A stretch of 64,000 nucleotides of DNA from an uncultured virus (IMG/VR IMGVR_UViG_3300035698_018097). Taxonomy: Duplodnaviria > Heunggongvirae > Uroviricota > Caudoviricetes. Where the stretch lies: IMG/VR virus record IMGVR_UViG_3300035698_018097; one strand, given 5' to 3'. Both the position numbers and the translations under genes were made by a program. Shown one piece after another: positions 22,101-35,419 of the stretch. The stretch's first letter is position 1. Each line of letters begins with the position of its first letter. Below the pieces are notes generated by a model. That model ran no database searches and was not told where the DNA came from. It was given only the letters and a program-made list of their open reading frames with translations.

Positions 22101-25100
22101 GGCTGTATGGATCGTTGATGAAATGGCCGATTGGTGGAAAACACAACATGAAGAAGAAATTGAGAAAGTAGAAGAATGAACGAAACTCCTTACAATATAA
22201 AACTTAATTGTCCAATCCAAGCATTCAAACACCGATCCGAGATTGATCCTGTAAATGGCGAGGAAATGGCCTATTTACATGGATGTGATCCAGACGATCC
22301 TGAAGCATACCAATTTTCCGTTCAGTTGGGAATTGTTTTTTATGAAACATATAGTTTGCATGATGCACAACTTGTTCAACAAATGTTGCGGGATGCTCAT
22401 AAAATGGGAAAAGCAGCTAGTTTCCAAGAACTTAGAAATTATATCGGTGTGAAAGAGTGAATTTAAAATTTAAACATATATTACCACTTGGGATCTGTCT
22501 TATATTATTCGGTGGATGTGCTACTTGTCCATGCGTTCCCGTTGAGAGCCCTGAATGGGGTGCTAGAACTTATACCGTTAAAATTTATTCTGGAGATACA
22601 ATAGTAGAACAACGAATTACCACAGGAATTCCTCGCCGAGATGTCAAATCAGGAGGTTGGTTTTTTTATACCGATGGAAAATTGGTAAGAGTTATCGGAA
22701 CCATTGTTATTGAGGAAGTTAAGCCAGAAATTAAACCACCATTTAAAACAAAAAAATGAAATTTAAATCAGAAATCGAACAAGCTGCTTGGTTAAAAACC
22801 GACAGAACACATGAGGAATGTGCTGAATGTAATTTTCAGTATCACATGCCTCCATTGTGTGGTGGACATGTTTCGGGCCCCTCCGCTTGTTGGGATAGAG
22901 AAGTCCTTTTGGCTATCGACGAAGATTTAGATTGACTATCTGATGAATTCTGTTATAAAAAGAGATCATGACGGATATTATAGAAACTGGACATTGGGGA
23001 AGACTACGATTCGGGGAAATTGTCGGGATTGTGGATTCATATGGAGCAGTTCATTCCAAATTCACCGGAGAATTCTTAGAATGTCATGAAAAATCATGGA
23101 CAAGAGCGTTTTGTCAATGGAGATGGAATTTCGATAAAAGTATTTGGTGGATCACTTCAGAAACTAAACCTGACGCAGAACAGTATGATGCTATCATGAC
23201 TCATTTAACCAAGCGATTTGGAATTCAGTTTTGGGAAAATGGACACCACGATATTCAGTTTTTACAAGCAAGATGGCAAGAGGAATTTAATAGTGAAAAA
23301 TTATAAAAATATACTAGCAAGAAAACTATCAGAAATCCTTGGTGTAAAGCCAAGACAGTTTACGTTTGTTCCATCTGCTGACGATTTGGAACGAGAAAAG
23401 GATGCTAATGAATTCAGAAAGTTGCTTGTAAACGCGGGTAAAGATGCAAAGAAACATCCCATTAAGTTAATTTTTAAAAAGACAAAAAACAAAGCATGAC
23501 ACCTTACATATATAACGATACCATCATTGATCTTGACGGAACAATGATTAGAAAAACTGATTGCAGCATTACTATTAACGGTAATGGTTGGTCAAGAACT
23601 TTTACATTTGAAACAGAATACGGTTTAACTGTGGAATGGGGAAAGATTATTCACATTTCTCAACAATCTCAAACTGTTTTTCAACTTAATGCTGGAACGA
23701 TTATTTCAACAGATAGACAACCGGCGTTAGTAATGAATGAATTTAAAAATCGACACGAAGACGAATATTGAAAGTAACAGTAGAAAAATTTAATAAAATG
23801 TGTGATGAGGGATTGTTTATAGATGGCCCTCACTGGACCTCATTAGATAAAGACTTCGGGAGAGTTGACAATCCAGATATTTCAAATCGTTATCTTTGGG
23901 GAATAACTCGCGAAGGATTGTATATCATGACAAAGACCGAACCAACAGAGCCTACAGCGAAAAAGTGTTCCGCTGTAGTTTCGAAAGCTCTTTATGATCG
24001 CTTGGAATATTATAGATATTTTATGCCATATGTGCTTGGAAATTCGGAAGAGTTATATGCTGACACATCGGAAGCAAAACTTGCAGATTCTGCATTAGAA
24101 GCATATCGTTCCGAAACAGGAACTATAACAACTCCAAACCCCTCACCGCCATCACGAGAGGAAAATTCAAAAAGAATTGGGAATTACCAATGAGTGAAAA
24201 AGTAGTCGATCAAGAAATCATTAAAACAACTCATTGGGTTTATCCCGGAGATCATCCGAAAGTAAAAGCAATTCCCGATGATCATTCTTTGTGGGATGCT
24301 GCTGGTGGATCACTTGCTCCTCATTATGGTTGGATCGATACAGATGATGGAGGCTGTATTGTAACTCCCGGAGATACCATTGTAACTACCGAATTTGGAG
24401 ATTACCATAAATTCCCATCACATAATACATTTGAAAGCAAATTTACATTGATAAAATGAATATTGGACACAGAGCTTGTTACATCAGAGATTTTTCTCCT
24501 GATCATGTAACCTCCATTCCACCCGAAGTGGCTTTAGCGTGGGCAAAAGAGACAGTGGGTGACTATATGGCCAGCTGGTCAGATTGCACTTTCAATGAAC
24601 TTACGGTAGACACATGGATAAATAAAATGTTCGTGGTTGTTGGAATGGAAAATGATAAGTGGATTTGTATTGACAAACACGATGGGCGGTCTAGTATAAA
24701 AACTATCAATTATAAACCAAAAAAGAAAACAAATTAAACATATGAAATTCATCCTCAGAAAAACCGCTGCCATTTTAATGGCTGTATTATGCGCCATTTT
24801 TGGCTTATCAGCATTCGCTATCCTAACAGGTGGAGAACTGGCTTTAATTATTGTAGCAATTATGACTCTTATCAAAGTGCCGGAAATAACATTTTTGGTA
24901 ATTGTTTTCTCAGTTCTTCTTTGTTCATTTCGATTTGCCCTTCTTTTGTTGGGTGGTGGATTGTTAGCATTCCTTTGTTACAAATGTGGACAATTTGTGG
25001 ATAAAATTTACGCTCCGATAAAACGAGCTGAAACAATTGAGAAATTAAACGCGAAATATGGAAAAAAATTCGTCAAAAAACTGTCAGGAACCTTGAAATG

Positions 25101-25871
25101 AGTGAAAAAGTATTAGTAGATTGTGTTGAATATTTTCAACATCGCTGGGTGAACGCACAACATCGTGAAAACTGGCCATATGAGTTAAGAGCTGCCGTCG
25201 AATTCTTAGAAGAAGAAAAACGACAGGAAGAATTGGCTAAACAACGGCACATGCAGAGAATTTCGGATTTCCGCGAAATTCACGGATTATAATTTAAAAT
25301 ATTATGTTAAGCGCAAACACAAAATTAGTGATAGTGAAAGATTCTGATGGACATCTTCACTATTTTGAAAACTCATATTGGGTTCATTTCACAAACTCTG
25401 ATTGGGTGGTGATCAACCAAGATGTTGCATCAGATCCTACGAAATGCATAGAAGTTGGAACTTTCCATGAACCAATCTCAGTTCAATTTTCAGAAAAGTC
25501 ACGCAAATTCATGGCTACCAAAACATCATGACAATGGAAGACGAATTACTAGTTTCTCAATTATATCTAGTATTTATGATATGTTTTATGTGGGGCATAA
25601 TCTGTGCAGTGAATTATTCAGATATGAAGTTTAAGAAATTTCATAAACGACTCATATATTGGGTGATCGGAGGACCTGTATTTTGGGTCATCCAAACACT
25701 TCGCTGTGTCTATGTATTTACTACATCTGTAATGGTTCATTTCCAAAGATGGCTTCAGGAATAATATCATCAAATTATAAAAAAGATCTTGACTTTTAAA
25801 TGCTTTAATTTAAGGTGTTTATAACGAACAAAATATTGTTCAACAAATAACAAAAAGAGAAAGAAAAGAAA

Positions 25872-26273
25872 ATGAGTATGCATGATTCAATCGGAATAGC
25901 GCTAAGTCTAATTCCTCTCGCAATAGGATTGGGATTCCTCCTATCAATCGGACTATCCTATTTTATTGCTTATGTTAATGATCAAGAAATGGCTGAGGCA
26001 TTGTGGCCTGTTAGATTGATAACTCCTGATGATCCTGCTAGATTGTTATTTCCAACTGTGATTGTTACGTTCCTTGCAGTTACTCTTACTTTCCTTGCGT
26101 GGCCTGTCGCCGTTCTCGCAGCAGTCGGATACCCAGTGATGAGAATTTCCCGCGCTGGTGTAAGAACCAAGAAAAAATTAGCTAAGATCGTAACTTCCAT
26201 TCATGATCACCCAGCATCAGTTGATACGATTGATGTGGATGTAAGTATGCCTTGGGAAAACGACAACTCTTAA
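25872..26273 (+). CDS. Membrane protein, HDH-tail paralogue 1
   Basis: TM helices plus RTKKKLAKIVTSIHDHP...MPWE tail. Confidence 0.75.
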   Translation: MSMHDSIGIALSLIPLAIGLGFLLSIGLSYFIAYVNDQEMAEALWPVRLITPDDPARLLFPTVIVTFLAVTLTFLAWPVAVLAAVGYPVMRISRAGVRTKKKLAKIVTSIHDHPASVDTIDVDVSMPWENDNS

Positions 26274-26289
26274 TTAGGAGAATATAATA

Positions 26290-26760
26290 ATGTTTGGTAT
26301 AGAATTTCCAGAACTTTTTTCTGATCAGTATTGGGTTTGGAGTCTGTGTATTGCGGGCTTCATTCTCTCTCCAGTCTTCGTCATGATCGTTGAAGCAATT
26401 CTTCGACTAGCTTGGGGATGGATTGATGACACAGAACCAAATGATTCTGATTATTGGTTCTCTCGCTTCCAAGACTTCTATAATGATTTTTTCGGATTAG
26501 AAAAATATAATGAGTTTCATAGTAATGAAGGAACGGTATATGGTTTCATAGTTGCTATAGCAATGCTGAATTTCTTCTTTTGGAAATTAATTTTCCCAGT
26601 AATGGTAGTTATATTCGGCTTCTTCGGAACCGCTTATATGTTACGATATATGAGACGAACCCAAAAGAAGGTTGTCAAAATCGCTAAACATATCCATGAC
26701 CATCCCGATTCCGTGGAGAAAACTAAAGTGAATACAACAATGCCTTGGGAGGCAAACTAA
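26290..26760 (+). CDS. Membrane protein, HDH-tail paralogue 2
   Basis: TM helices plus RTQKKVVKIAKHIHDHP...TTMPWE tail. Confidence 0.75.
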   Translation: MFGIEFPELFSDQYWVWSLCIAGFILSPVFVMIVEAILRLAWGWIDDTEPNDSDYWFSRFQDFYNDFFGLEKYNEFHSNEGTVYGFIVAIAMLNFFFWKLIFPVMVVIFGFFGTAYMLRYMRRTQKKVVKIAKHIHDHPDSVEKTKVNTTMPWEAN

Positions 26761-26762
26761 TC

Positions 26763-27155
26763 ATGTTTCAAGAATTATTCAGTATCGGAAAATATTTCAG
26801 TATCGCTACAGTCATTTTCTCCTTCGTCCCTTTGATATTAATATCATTGGGAGCCGCCTTCGAATATATTACAGAGGGTGAAATAGAAACTCCCAACATC
26901 TTAAAAGAGTTGTTCAATTTCGAATTGGATTGGATGAATTCTCTTTTGATTTTAGTAATAGGATTATTAGTTGCAGAGCTTGTTTGGATATTGTGGCCGC
27001 TAGTAGTTCTCATTATAGTAGTGGGTGGAATTTTACGCCTTCTCCGTTGTGGATTTAGAACTAAAACTAAAGTGTTAAAGATTGCGAAGTATGTTCACGA
27101 TCATGGTGACGATGTTGAAAAAATTGAAGTAGATACGAAAGGAGATTGGGAATAA
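26763..27155 (+). CDS. Membrane protein, HDH-tail paralogue 3
   Basis: TM helices plus RTKTKVLKIAKYVHDHG...GDWE tail; likely start MFQEL. Confidence 0.7.
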   Translation: MFQELFSIGKYFSIATVIFSFVPLILISLGAAFEYITEGEIETPNILKELFNFELDWMNSLLILVIGLLVAELVWILWPLVVLIIVVGGILRLLRCGFRTKTKVLKIAKYVHDHGDDVEKIEVDTKGDWE

Positions 27156-27625
27156 TGATAGAAACATTTTTTACAGATTTTATGTGGAGTGCTTCAATGT
27201 TTAAAGTTGGCGTTTCGATTGCTGGTGTAATTCTATTGCCATTTGTGGTGGTGGCAATAGAAAGTGGGATCAGAAAATCTTGGGGAATCATTGATGATAA
27301 AACATTCCCCGACGAAACATTTTGGCATAAGAAATTCGAATATTGGATTGATAATACATTTCATACTTCCCTTGATATGTGGGAATATTTCATTATGGCA
27401 CTTTTTGTATCTGGTCTTCATTTTATAGCGTGGCCTATACTTTTACCAATAACGGGATCATGGGCATTATGGAATGGTATTGTTTATGGTTTAAGATCGG
27501 TGCGCAGGACGCAAAAGAAAGTGTTGAAGATTGCAAAGTATGTTCACGATCATCCTGAAAATGTCGAGAAGACTGATGTGGATACAACAATGCCTTGGGA
27601 TGTTAAGACTGGACTCCACAAATGA
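27155..27625 (+). CDS. Membrane protein, HDH-tail paralogue 4
   Basis: TM helices plus RTQKKVLKIAKYVHDHP...TTMPWD tail; likely start MIETF. Confidence 0.7.
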   Translation: MIETFFTDFMWSASMFKVGVSIAGVILLPFVVVAIESGIRKSWGIIDDKTFPDETFWHKKFEYWIDNTFHTSLDMWEYFIMALFVSGLHFIAWPILLPITGSWALWNGIVYGLRSVRRTQKKVLKIAKYVHDHPENVEKTDVDTTMPWDVKTGLHK

Positions 27626-28714
27626 TAGAAGAATACGAAACACCTTTACACAGATATCGCAAAGGCGATGTTGTGGCGTTTCAAGAATTCACATTTACAA
27701 TTGAATATGTAACCTTTGGCGGTGCTCGCCTCAAGAGAATGGATAAAGTAAATAGCACTTTTTGGGTTCCTTTCTATATTTTAAATTATTTCAATTTTAT
27801 TACCGCTGGAGAACCAGATCCTGTATCAGACGGGATGATATATGGCGCTCCTCTTATAGACGATAAATGAAAATATTAATGACTCCTGAAATTAAATTGC
27901 AAGAAAAAGAAGTTGACAATGAATTCAATCGGTGTTTAGATTGTGATGATGATTGCAAAACAATTATTGATTACTTCAACTGTTTCAGTTATGATCCAGA
28001 ACAAGGGTATTGTCCATATTTAGCAGGAGAATTAGAGCCTGATTGTGAGGTAGAACACAAATGAATATTTTCCACAAATTTTTGGTTTGGTGTAGTTCCA
28101 GTAAGGGGAAAATTGCAGAAGAGATATCTAGGGATGTTGTGAATGATAGATCTAAGCTTTGGAAAAGAACAATAATAGAATCCAAAGGATCGTATATTCC
28201 GTCTCCGCTTCAAATTCCTCCGCCGCCGCCTCCGCCTCCTTCACTAGCAGAATGGAAAAATAAATGAACATTGAAAAAGAAGAAATCGAATTTTGGAAGC
28301 AAGTCTACATAGCTGCAATCAGATATGGTAGAGGCAATATAGGTGCTACTGAATATGCTAATGATGCGGTCGAAGACCTCAGACACCGAAATAAAGAAAA
28401 ACGGGAACGATATAATTATGATTTCGATGCAGAATGGGATGATATTAATTAATCCCGAAATAACGGAAAAAGAAGTTGACACAAACTATAAAAAGTGTTT
28501 ATCTTACCAGAATGAAAATTAGAATAGATTTAAATCCTGATAGTGGTCGGTGGTTCATCGAATACAAGAGAAGTGCTTGGTCACTATTTTGGTCGTATGT
28601 TTGTAACCAACACGAATGTATCAGAACATTCGGATCTGTGACTTTAGCAATTGATTGGTTAAAATCGATTGGTATAACTGAAGAACTTTATAAAAAAACC
28701 GAAAGTAAAACTAT

Positions 28715-29121
28715 ATGTTAACTAATCTCTTATTAACAGATATCGACAATCTTGAAAAGCGATCTAATGTGCTGAAAAGGAATGCTTTTTCGCGATTCAA
28801 CCTTACTCCTGACCATAGAATTAGTAAGGGGGATATTCAGATTGTATTGGAAGCTTTAAACGACGAAGAGATTGTCGAAAAATTTACGATTGAGGGTAAA
28901 GAAATAAACAACTAAAAATGTCAATTGATATAACATTAGAACAATTGGAAACTCTAACAAATCGATCCAATATAATAAAACGAAATGTATTTCGTCAATG
29001 TAAATTCGGAAAATTGAATCATGAGTTAACCGTTGGAGATATTCAAATTGTGTTGGAAGCAATAACCAAACAAAATATCGGCGATGGATTTACTATTGGT
29101 GAAATGGAAATAAACAACTAA
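28715..29121 (+). repeat. Tandem duplicated gene pair (28715-28915, 28918-29121)
   Basis: Both encode RSN..KRN.F...GDIQIVLEA...FTI...EINN; DNA shares GATATTCA.ATTGT.TTGGAAGC and GAAATAAACAACTAAAA. Confidence 0.8.
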
Positions 29122-32100
29122 AAGGAAAAATAAATTATGTTATTTAATGTCGCAGAATCAATGCTAATCGCCGGAACCGTATTATCAACCGGAGCTGGAT
29201 TTGTAACAGTTATAGTTTTCTTAACTTCTGAAAAACCTGATACTATAAAACTCACATGTGGTATCTTTCTAGTATTTTTAACTTTATTAATTGGTTCCAT
29301 TCTTGGAATCCAAGCATTACATCAGTGTGATGATGAAATAGTATGGCTGAAACATCAACTGAGATCTTCTCAGATGCAATTGGATGCTGTAACCAACCCC
29401 GAATTAGAAGAATAACCATGAACTTAGAATTCTCATTTATATTAACCGCACTTTTCTCTGTAAGTTCCATTATCGCAACAGCTGTTGCTTTGGTTTGGGG
29501 ATTTACTTCAAAAGATCGTGAGGAAGTTAAAATATGCTTCGGCTGCTTTTTATTCCTCATATTTGTATCCGCCGCTGGACTATTTGTTAGTGATTCAATA
29601 GACGATGCCATTGGTGAACTTAGAACATTAAATAACGTTTCAAACTTGATCGAAATACCATCGGAAGATCCCGAACTAGAAGGAGAAGAATAATATTATG
29701 TCAGGAATAGAGTTCTCATTAGGATTTTTGATATTTGTAATCATCACATCAGCAGTCGCGGGTATAGTTGCTTTTTTTGTCGCTACCTGTTCCGATACAG
29801 CTGATAATGTCAGATGGGGAGTTTTCGCATTAATATATTTTATTGTGGTAGTGGTTGGATCAATATTTATAACCGATGTATTGGAAAAATGTGATGCTCG
29901 AATCATTGAACTTGAAGTCCAAATGTCTTTTCCGGCATCCATTACAATTGGATCTTTGGAAGATCCTGAAACTGGCTTACCTTTGGAAGAATAAATATGA
30001 TTGCTTTTTTTACTCACTTGGGCGTTTACATACTTAATGTCATTGTATTTAACCTTTTTGTTTTTCCCACGGAGATTTAATAAGGTCCGCAGATTACCAG
30101 CAATCTCCGCTTCATCACTTTTTGTATTGACAGCAATTGCTTCAGCTGTCATAGTATTTTAAAGAGATCTTCAATAGATATCCAATTATAAATGAAATGA
30201 AACAATTTAACCCATGAACAAATTTGCAATCGCAGGAATAATTTCATCCTCTCTTACTAGTATCGGTTTTGCTGGATATATGGCTATTAATCTTATTCAA
30301 GGTTGGGGTTGGTTCCTATTCGTAGGTTTCCTAATTGCTGGCGGTTTAATAGAAAGAATTAATAAATTATGAGTAAACATTATACATGTGATCAATGCAA
30401 CGATATCATTGGATTCGGAACAAAGCCACTAATTAGCCTTCGAGGATTGACACACGAATACAACGGTAACTTTCCTGTGAAACTTAAACGAGAGTTTTGT
30501 ACGGAAAAATGTTTCTTTGATTACATCGTATCAGATCGACGCGTGGTTAAACGGGTGTTGAGCGATGTTTCCACTAAAGAAAAAATAATGAAAAGAGCTT
30601 TAGATAAAATCCAAAAAATAGATGGTCAAGGTTGTGATCTCTCACCAGCAGGACCTTGCTACCACATCGCAAAAGAAGCTTTTGATGAAATTAATCTCTT
30701 ATTCAATAATGAGCCCTGATAATGAAAACCTCCAAAATAAATATCCGACCTTTCAAACCGTTTTTATTAGATGAAGAAAAAGAGGGAAGGGAACCATTCG
30801 CGGTCTTGAAATATGGGAATGTGACCATTGAATTAGATTATACGCTTATGCTGAGTTTGAATATCAATAATGAATCCGCTTGTATGGTGAAAACAACAGG
30901 CCTTGCAATGGCTGGGTTCGATGAAATTATAAAAGAAATGCACTTTGATATGAATGGTAGTTTACCAAGTGAACATCGAGATGCTAGAAATCCAAAAAGC
31001 CTTACCCATGATCCGCTTCATCCGTCAAACGAAGAAGTCACCTATTCTCACGTAAATGACTAATATAAGATACGATATCAAATTCGGACCAGAAGTTGGT
31101 CAAATAGAGCTTGTCCCTCATTTCTGTCGAGAATGGGAAGATGGAGATGGTTGTTATGGAACTAACCCGAATCACGGAATGACCTTGGGTGAAGCAAAAA
31201 AATATTTAGCTGAACAAAATCTATCTCTCTCCATTAATCCAGATCCAGAACCCGGATTCTCTTCAGACCCAGATGTAGATCCCGAACTAGATTCCCTCAT
31301 AAAACAAATAGAAAAACAAATAGATGAACAATAGAAATATAGAATTAGAAACACCTAATGGTAAACTAACAGTGGATGTAGAGGAAATCGCTTTATTCGC
31401 AGAAGTTCGACAACCTGGATTAAATGATACTCAAGTTGAATGTATTTTACAACTTAGGGGAATAGAGGAACACTTTAATATTATTGATAACTACGAACTT
31501 ATTAAGTCAAAGGTAAACTTAAAAATTAATCATGAGTAGAATACTAAACCTTGCTAAGAAACATTCTTTTGAGAATTTTCGCTGTAAACAAATTGAACAA
31601 TTATTTACTGATCAAGAATTAAAAGGATTGGGATTTATACCCATTGCCAAGCCATCACTTGAAATAGATGATCAAAATTATTTGTGCCGAAAAAAGAGAG
31701 TGTTTCCATTTACCAAATTATCCGAACTCCCGGACGAATTTGATGTTTGCTGCAAAGTAATTAAAGCAATGAATGATTGTGGTATGACTCATGTTCATAA
31801 GGTTACGGTTTACTTTCATGATTTTTGGTTTGGTGGTTACGATCTACGATTGGAAAATGCTTTTACTATTGTAGCTGAAGGATTTAAAGGTCCGCCTCCG
31901 CTAACTCCACATCAATTGAAAGAAGCAATTGATACACTTGACCCGAATGCCGCATTTTCATCAAGTCAAATGAACGATTCTCCTCAGAGTTTGAAAGAAG
32001 AAACTGAAAAACGTTTGGGAATGTGGGATGTAATGATGAAGAGAACATCACCCGTAACCCCGTTTGATCGAGAATATGATAACGTAGAATGGAGATGCAA

Positions 32101-32332
32101 ATGGCAATTCTGTGAATCAAATGAAATCTGCTCGTCCGACAATGAAAATTGGAAAGCCGCAACCAATGCTTTCCGAACATTGGGACACAATTGGCTTCTA
32201 TTATATTGCCAAAATAATCAACCTCCAAGATATTTTTCGGATTGGAAAGAAATTATAAAGGTGTTCAAACTACAAATGATCAAAATTCATGATGAAACCG
32301 ATTCGTTTAAAAATATTCTTGTAACGATCTAA

Positions 32333-32791
32333 ATCCCGAATTCATACGACATCTCTAGGCGGTAACAAAAATTAAATAACTATGAAAACTCACATGATTA
32401 ATGATATGGAATCTGTTAAAGGAACTTCTACTATTCGAAAAGCCCATGAACTTGCCCAATCATTATTGAAAGACTCTTCTGCTGAAGGTCCGTATAATGA
32501 TACCACAGTAATTCTTCTTGGCCTTGCTAATATGATCGAAGATTCTAATGCCAAAATTCATAGACTTGAAGTTGATAACCTTGAACTGAAAAGTAGAATC
32601 GGTAAACTTGAATTTGATGCTTCACAAAATCGCAGAAGAATTAAAAGCTCGGAAGACGATATTGAAATTTTAGAAAGACAACGGCCAAAACGCGGTGGCT
32701 CTAATTGGTATCTTCATTAATCATTCTCACATTAAATAATCCCGAACTTACACGATACATCTCAGGCGGTAACAAAAATTAAATAACTATG
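32333..32791 (+). repeat. Two copies of a ~52 bp upstream element (32333-32384, 32739-32791)
   Basis: ATCCCGAA...ACATCTC(T)AGGCGGTAACAAAAATTAAATAACTATG precedes two paralogous ORFs. Confidence 0.85.
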
Positions 32792-35419
32792 TCAAATAAA
32801 ATACGAGAAATTAAACCCGTAAAAGGTAAGTCAATCCTAGTAAATGCTCAAATAATAGGAGAAAATTTATTACGAGAAATAGGTGAATATACTGATCCCG
32901 AATTATGCCTCATCCTAGGGCTCTCCAATATGATCGAAGATAATCAAAATAAAATTCATCAGTTAGAACTAGAACTTGCTACTTTACAACAAAAAAATGC
33001 TCTCGATTGGTGCGAATGCGAATATTAAATGTTTCAATATGAAAAAATAATTAACTCTGATAACATAGGTAATGATATATTACTTGAAGCTCGTTTTCTC
33101 GGCGAACGCTTGTTGAAAATTAATAAAGGTTCTGATTCTGCTCTCATTTTCTTCCTAGGCTTAGCTCATTTGATCGGAATTTCCCGAATTAAAATATCTG
33201 ATCTCGAAAAAGAAAATCTGAAATCGAAAATTGATATTTCTAAACTTAAACGAAAAGTGAAAAAATTGAAATGCAATGATAAATATTTCTAAACTCCCCC
33301 ACTTTACCCCTTTTCCCCCCATTTCATGACACTAATCTCAAATCCCGAATTTACACATCCCGAAAATATGACCAATATATACGATTTGTCTTGATTTTCT
33401 GATACTTTCATACATGATCCTATAAGAAACGAAAATGTATATTTGTAATCCATACCCGATATTCCCAGCGCTTTTTACACACAGCCTTTTCATTTTTCAC
33501 CAGGAATTAAAAAATAAAATCTCTTAAAAATTAATATATATTAAAATTACAAAAGATGAAAACAATAGACACAAAACAGCTTGCAGAGCTTTGTGAGCGG
33601 ATTACTAGAAAATGTAAAGCTTTCAATGGGAATGCTTTACCAAAAGCGAAAGACGAAGAATGGGCAGAATTGGTTCAGGATGCTTTACCAGCACTCAGAA
33701 AGTTTTTAGATGAAAATTAAACAGAACGATAATCCAGCCAAACTTTCGTCAGGTTCGATATGGGTAAACGGAGCAAGTTTGCCGATTATGTTACCAATAG
33801 CAATAGTGGTTGGTTGTATAATAGGAGCAGTTTATGGGATATGGAAAGCTATTGAAGGGATTTTCTGGAACATGAACAACAGGAAATGTGGAGAATGGTT
33901 ATTCATAAAACCTAGAAAAGAGAATGTGATTTCAAATCCCGAACACACACATGTAGAGAATATTCAAAATCCCGAATACAAAAAACATGGAAGAATAACC
34001 ATAACAAAGACTTGACAAGATCCCGAATTGTATGTAATGTAGAGGTTTAAATGAGAATACAGGACAAAATAAATTTCAAAAAGGTTTTAGAAGCCTCTGG
34101 ATTAATTGCTTGGTTTTTCTTAGTGATTGCTACGATTATGATAGCATTTGGAATTTCAGTATTTGAGATTCCATTAATTGGATCAATTATATGTGCTTTA
34201 ACATTTATTTTAATACCAGCGAAATCATGAAATTAGAGTTAGTAGATATATTAATATTTTTAAATGTAATAGCATTTTGTTTTGCTGTAACTGGACTTTT
34301 AAATATGTCAATTTTTGGAGCTGTTTGGTATTTTGAAATGATATCAATTTCTATATCGTTGTCATTTGGAATTGCTTTTTGCCCTCGTTCTAGATAATTT
34401 TTATTTTTCAGGAGAAAATGTAATGCTTGCAGGATTAGTGGCCTTTCTGAGCTCTCCACCCTTTTTCACTGTTATGATACCAGTATAGGGTAGCGGTTAT
34501 AAAAAGTCAAGTTTTATTTTATAAAAACTTTTTTATTTTTAGTGAACCGCTGGGATCAGAATCATATACAATTTTAAAGGTCCTGATCGATTTAGTAACT
34601 TTGTATATACTGAAGATCTAAATTTAAAATTTGATATCCGAATGATCTGAAATCAGACTAATTGTTTAGCTTGGACACCAAGATCATTTTCTGTATTTCG
34701 TTTAACTTGAAATCCATTTTTCCGAATGACAAAATTAATCATTTCAAAATACTCTAAAATATCAGTAAGATCTTGTCTTGTTGACCACGGAACATCTAGT
34801 AATTTAAATTTGATCCCGAGCTTAACATAATTAAAATTATTGACGTGGGTCCAATGAGCAGGGAGTGCTTCCATAATAGAATCATGATTTTTAATCATCC
34901 AAGGTCCCGAATAGAGAGTATTTTTCCACGGGCTGGAATTCATATGGGCATTAAGAGCTTTATTAATTTTCCATGTTTCGAATATATTTTTGATGAATTG
35001 GATCATGAGGATTGCACGGGTTTGGCCCAGAAATTAAATCCCGAGCTTGGTGACTGGATATAAATATAAAATATACTGGTAGTGAAGTCAACAACAAACT
35101 ACCTAATTTAAGGTAGTAAATTACCTATAATTAGGTAGATGCAAATTTTGAATTCTAGTGTATAGCGATTAAAATATTAGTATTGTTTAGTTTACGTGAT
35201 CCACAAGCGTGAACATTTCTATCATTTACTTTGAGGCATTTGTCACAATTTCCGGGACAGACAAATAATTGAGTTAATCCTATTTTCCTTGCAGCTTCCC
35301 GAATGGTAGAAGGTGTTTGATATTTTCCTACTTTAACCGCGACAAAATCACCTCGTGTAATTGGAAGTGCTTCCATTTGTTTTTTCATCAATTGATTATC
35401 ATCATATTTCGATCCCGAA
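32333..35419 (+). repeat. Cluster of same-strand ATCCCGA(A/G) motifs
   Basis: Copies at 32333, 32739, 32895, 33342, 33357, 33936, 33969, 34020, 34813, 35038, 35412 (also 28452, 29668, 31279). Confidence 0.75.

Noticed and set aside
28216..28240. CCG/CCT repeat
   Set aside because: Encodes a poly-proline run in ORF 28061-28267; simple coding low complexity.
913..33000. Minus-strand ORFs overlapping + strand genes (e.g. 913-1338, 4759-5220, 18377-18967, 29676-30152)
   Set aside because: Antisense shadows of well-supported + strand genes, without promoters or recognisable motifs.
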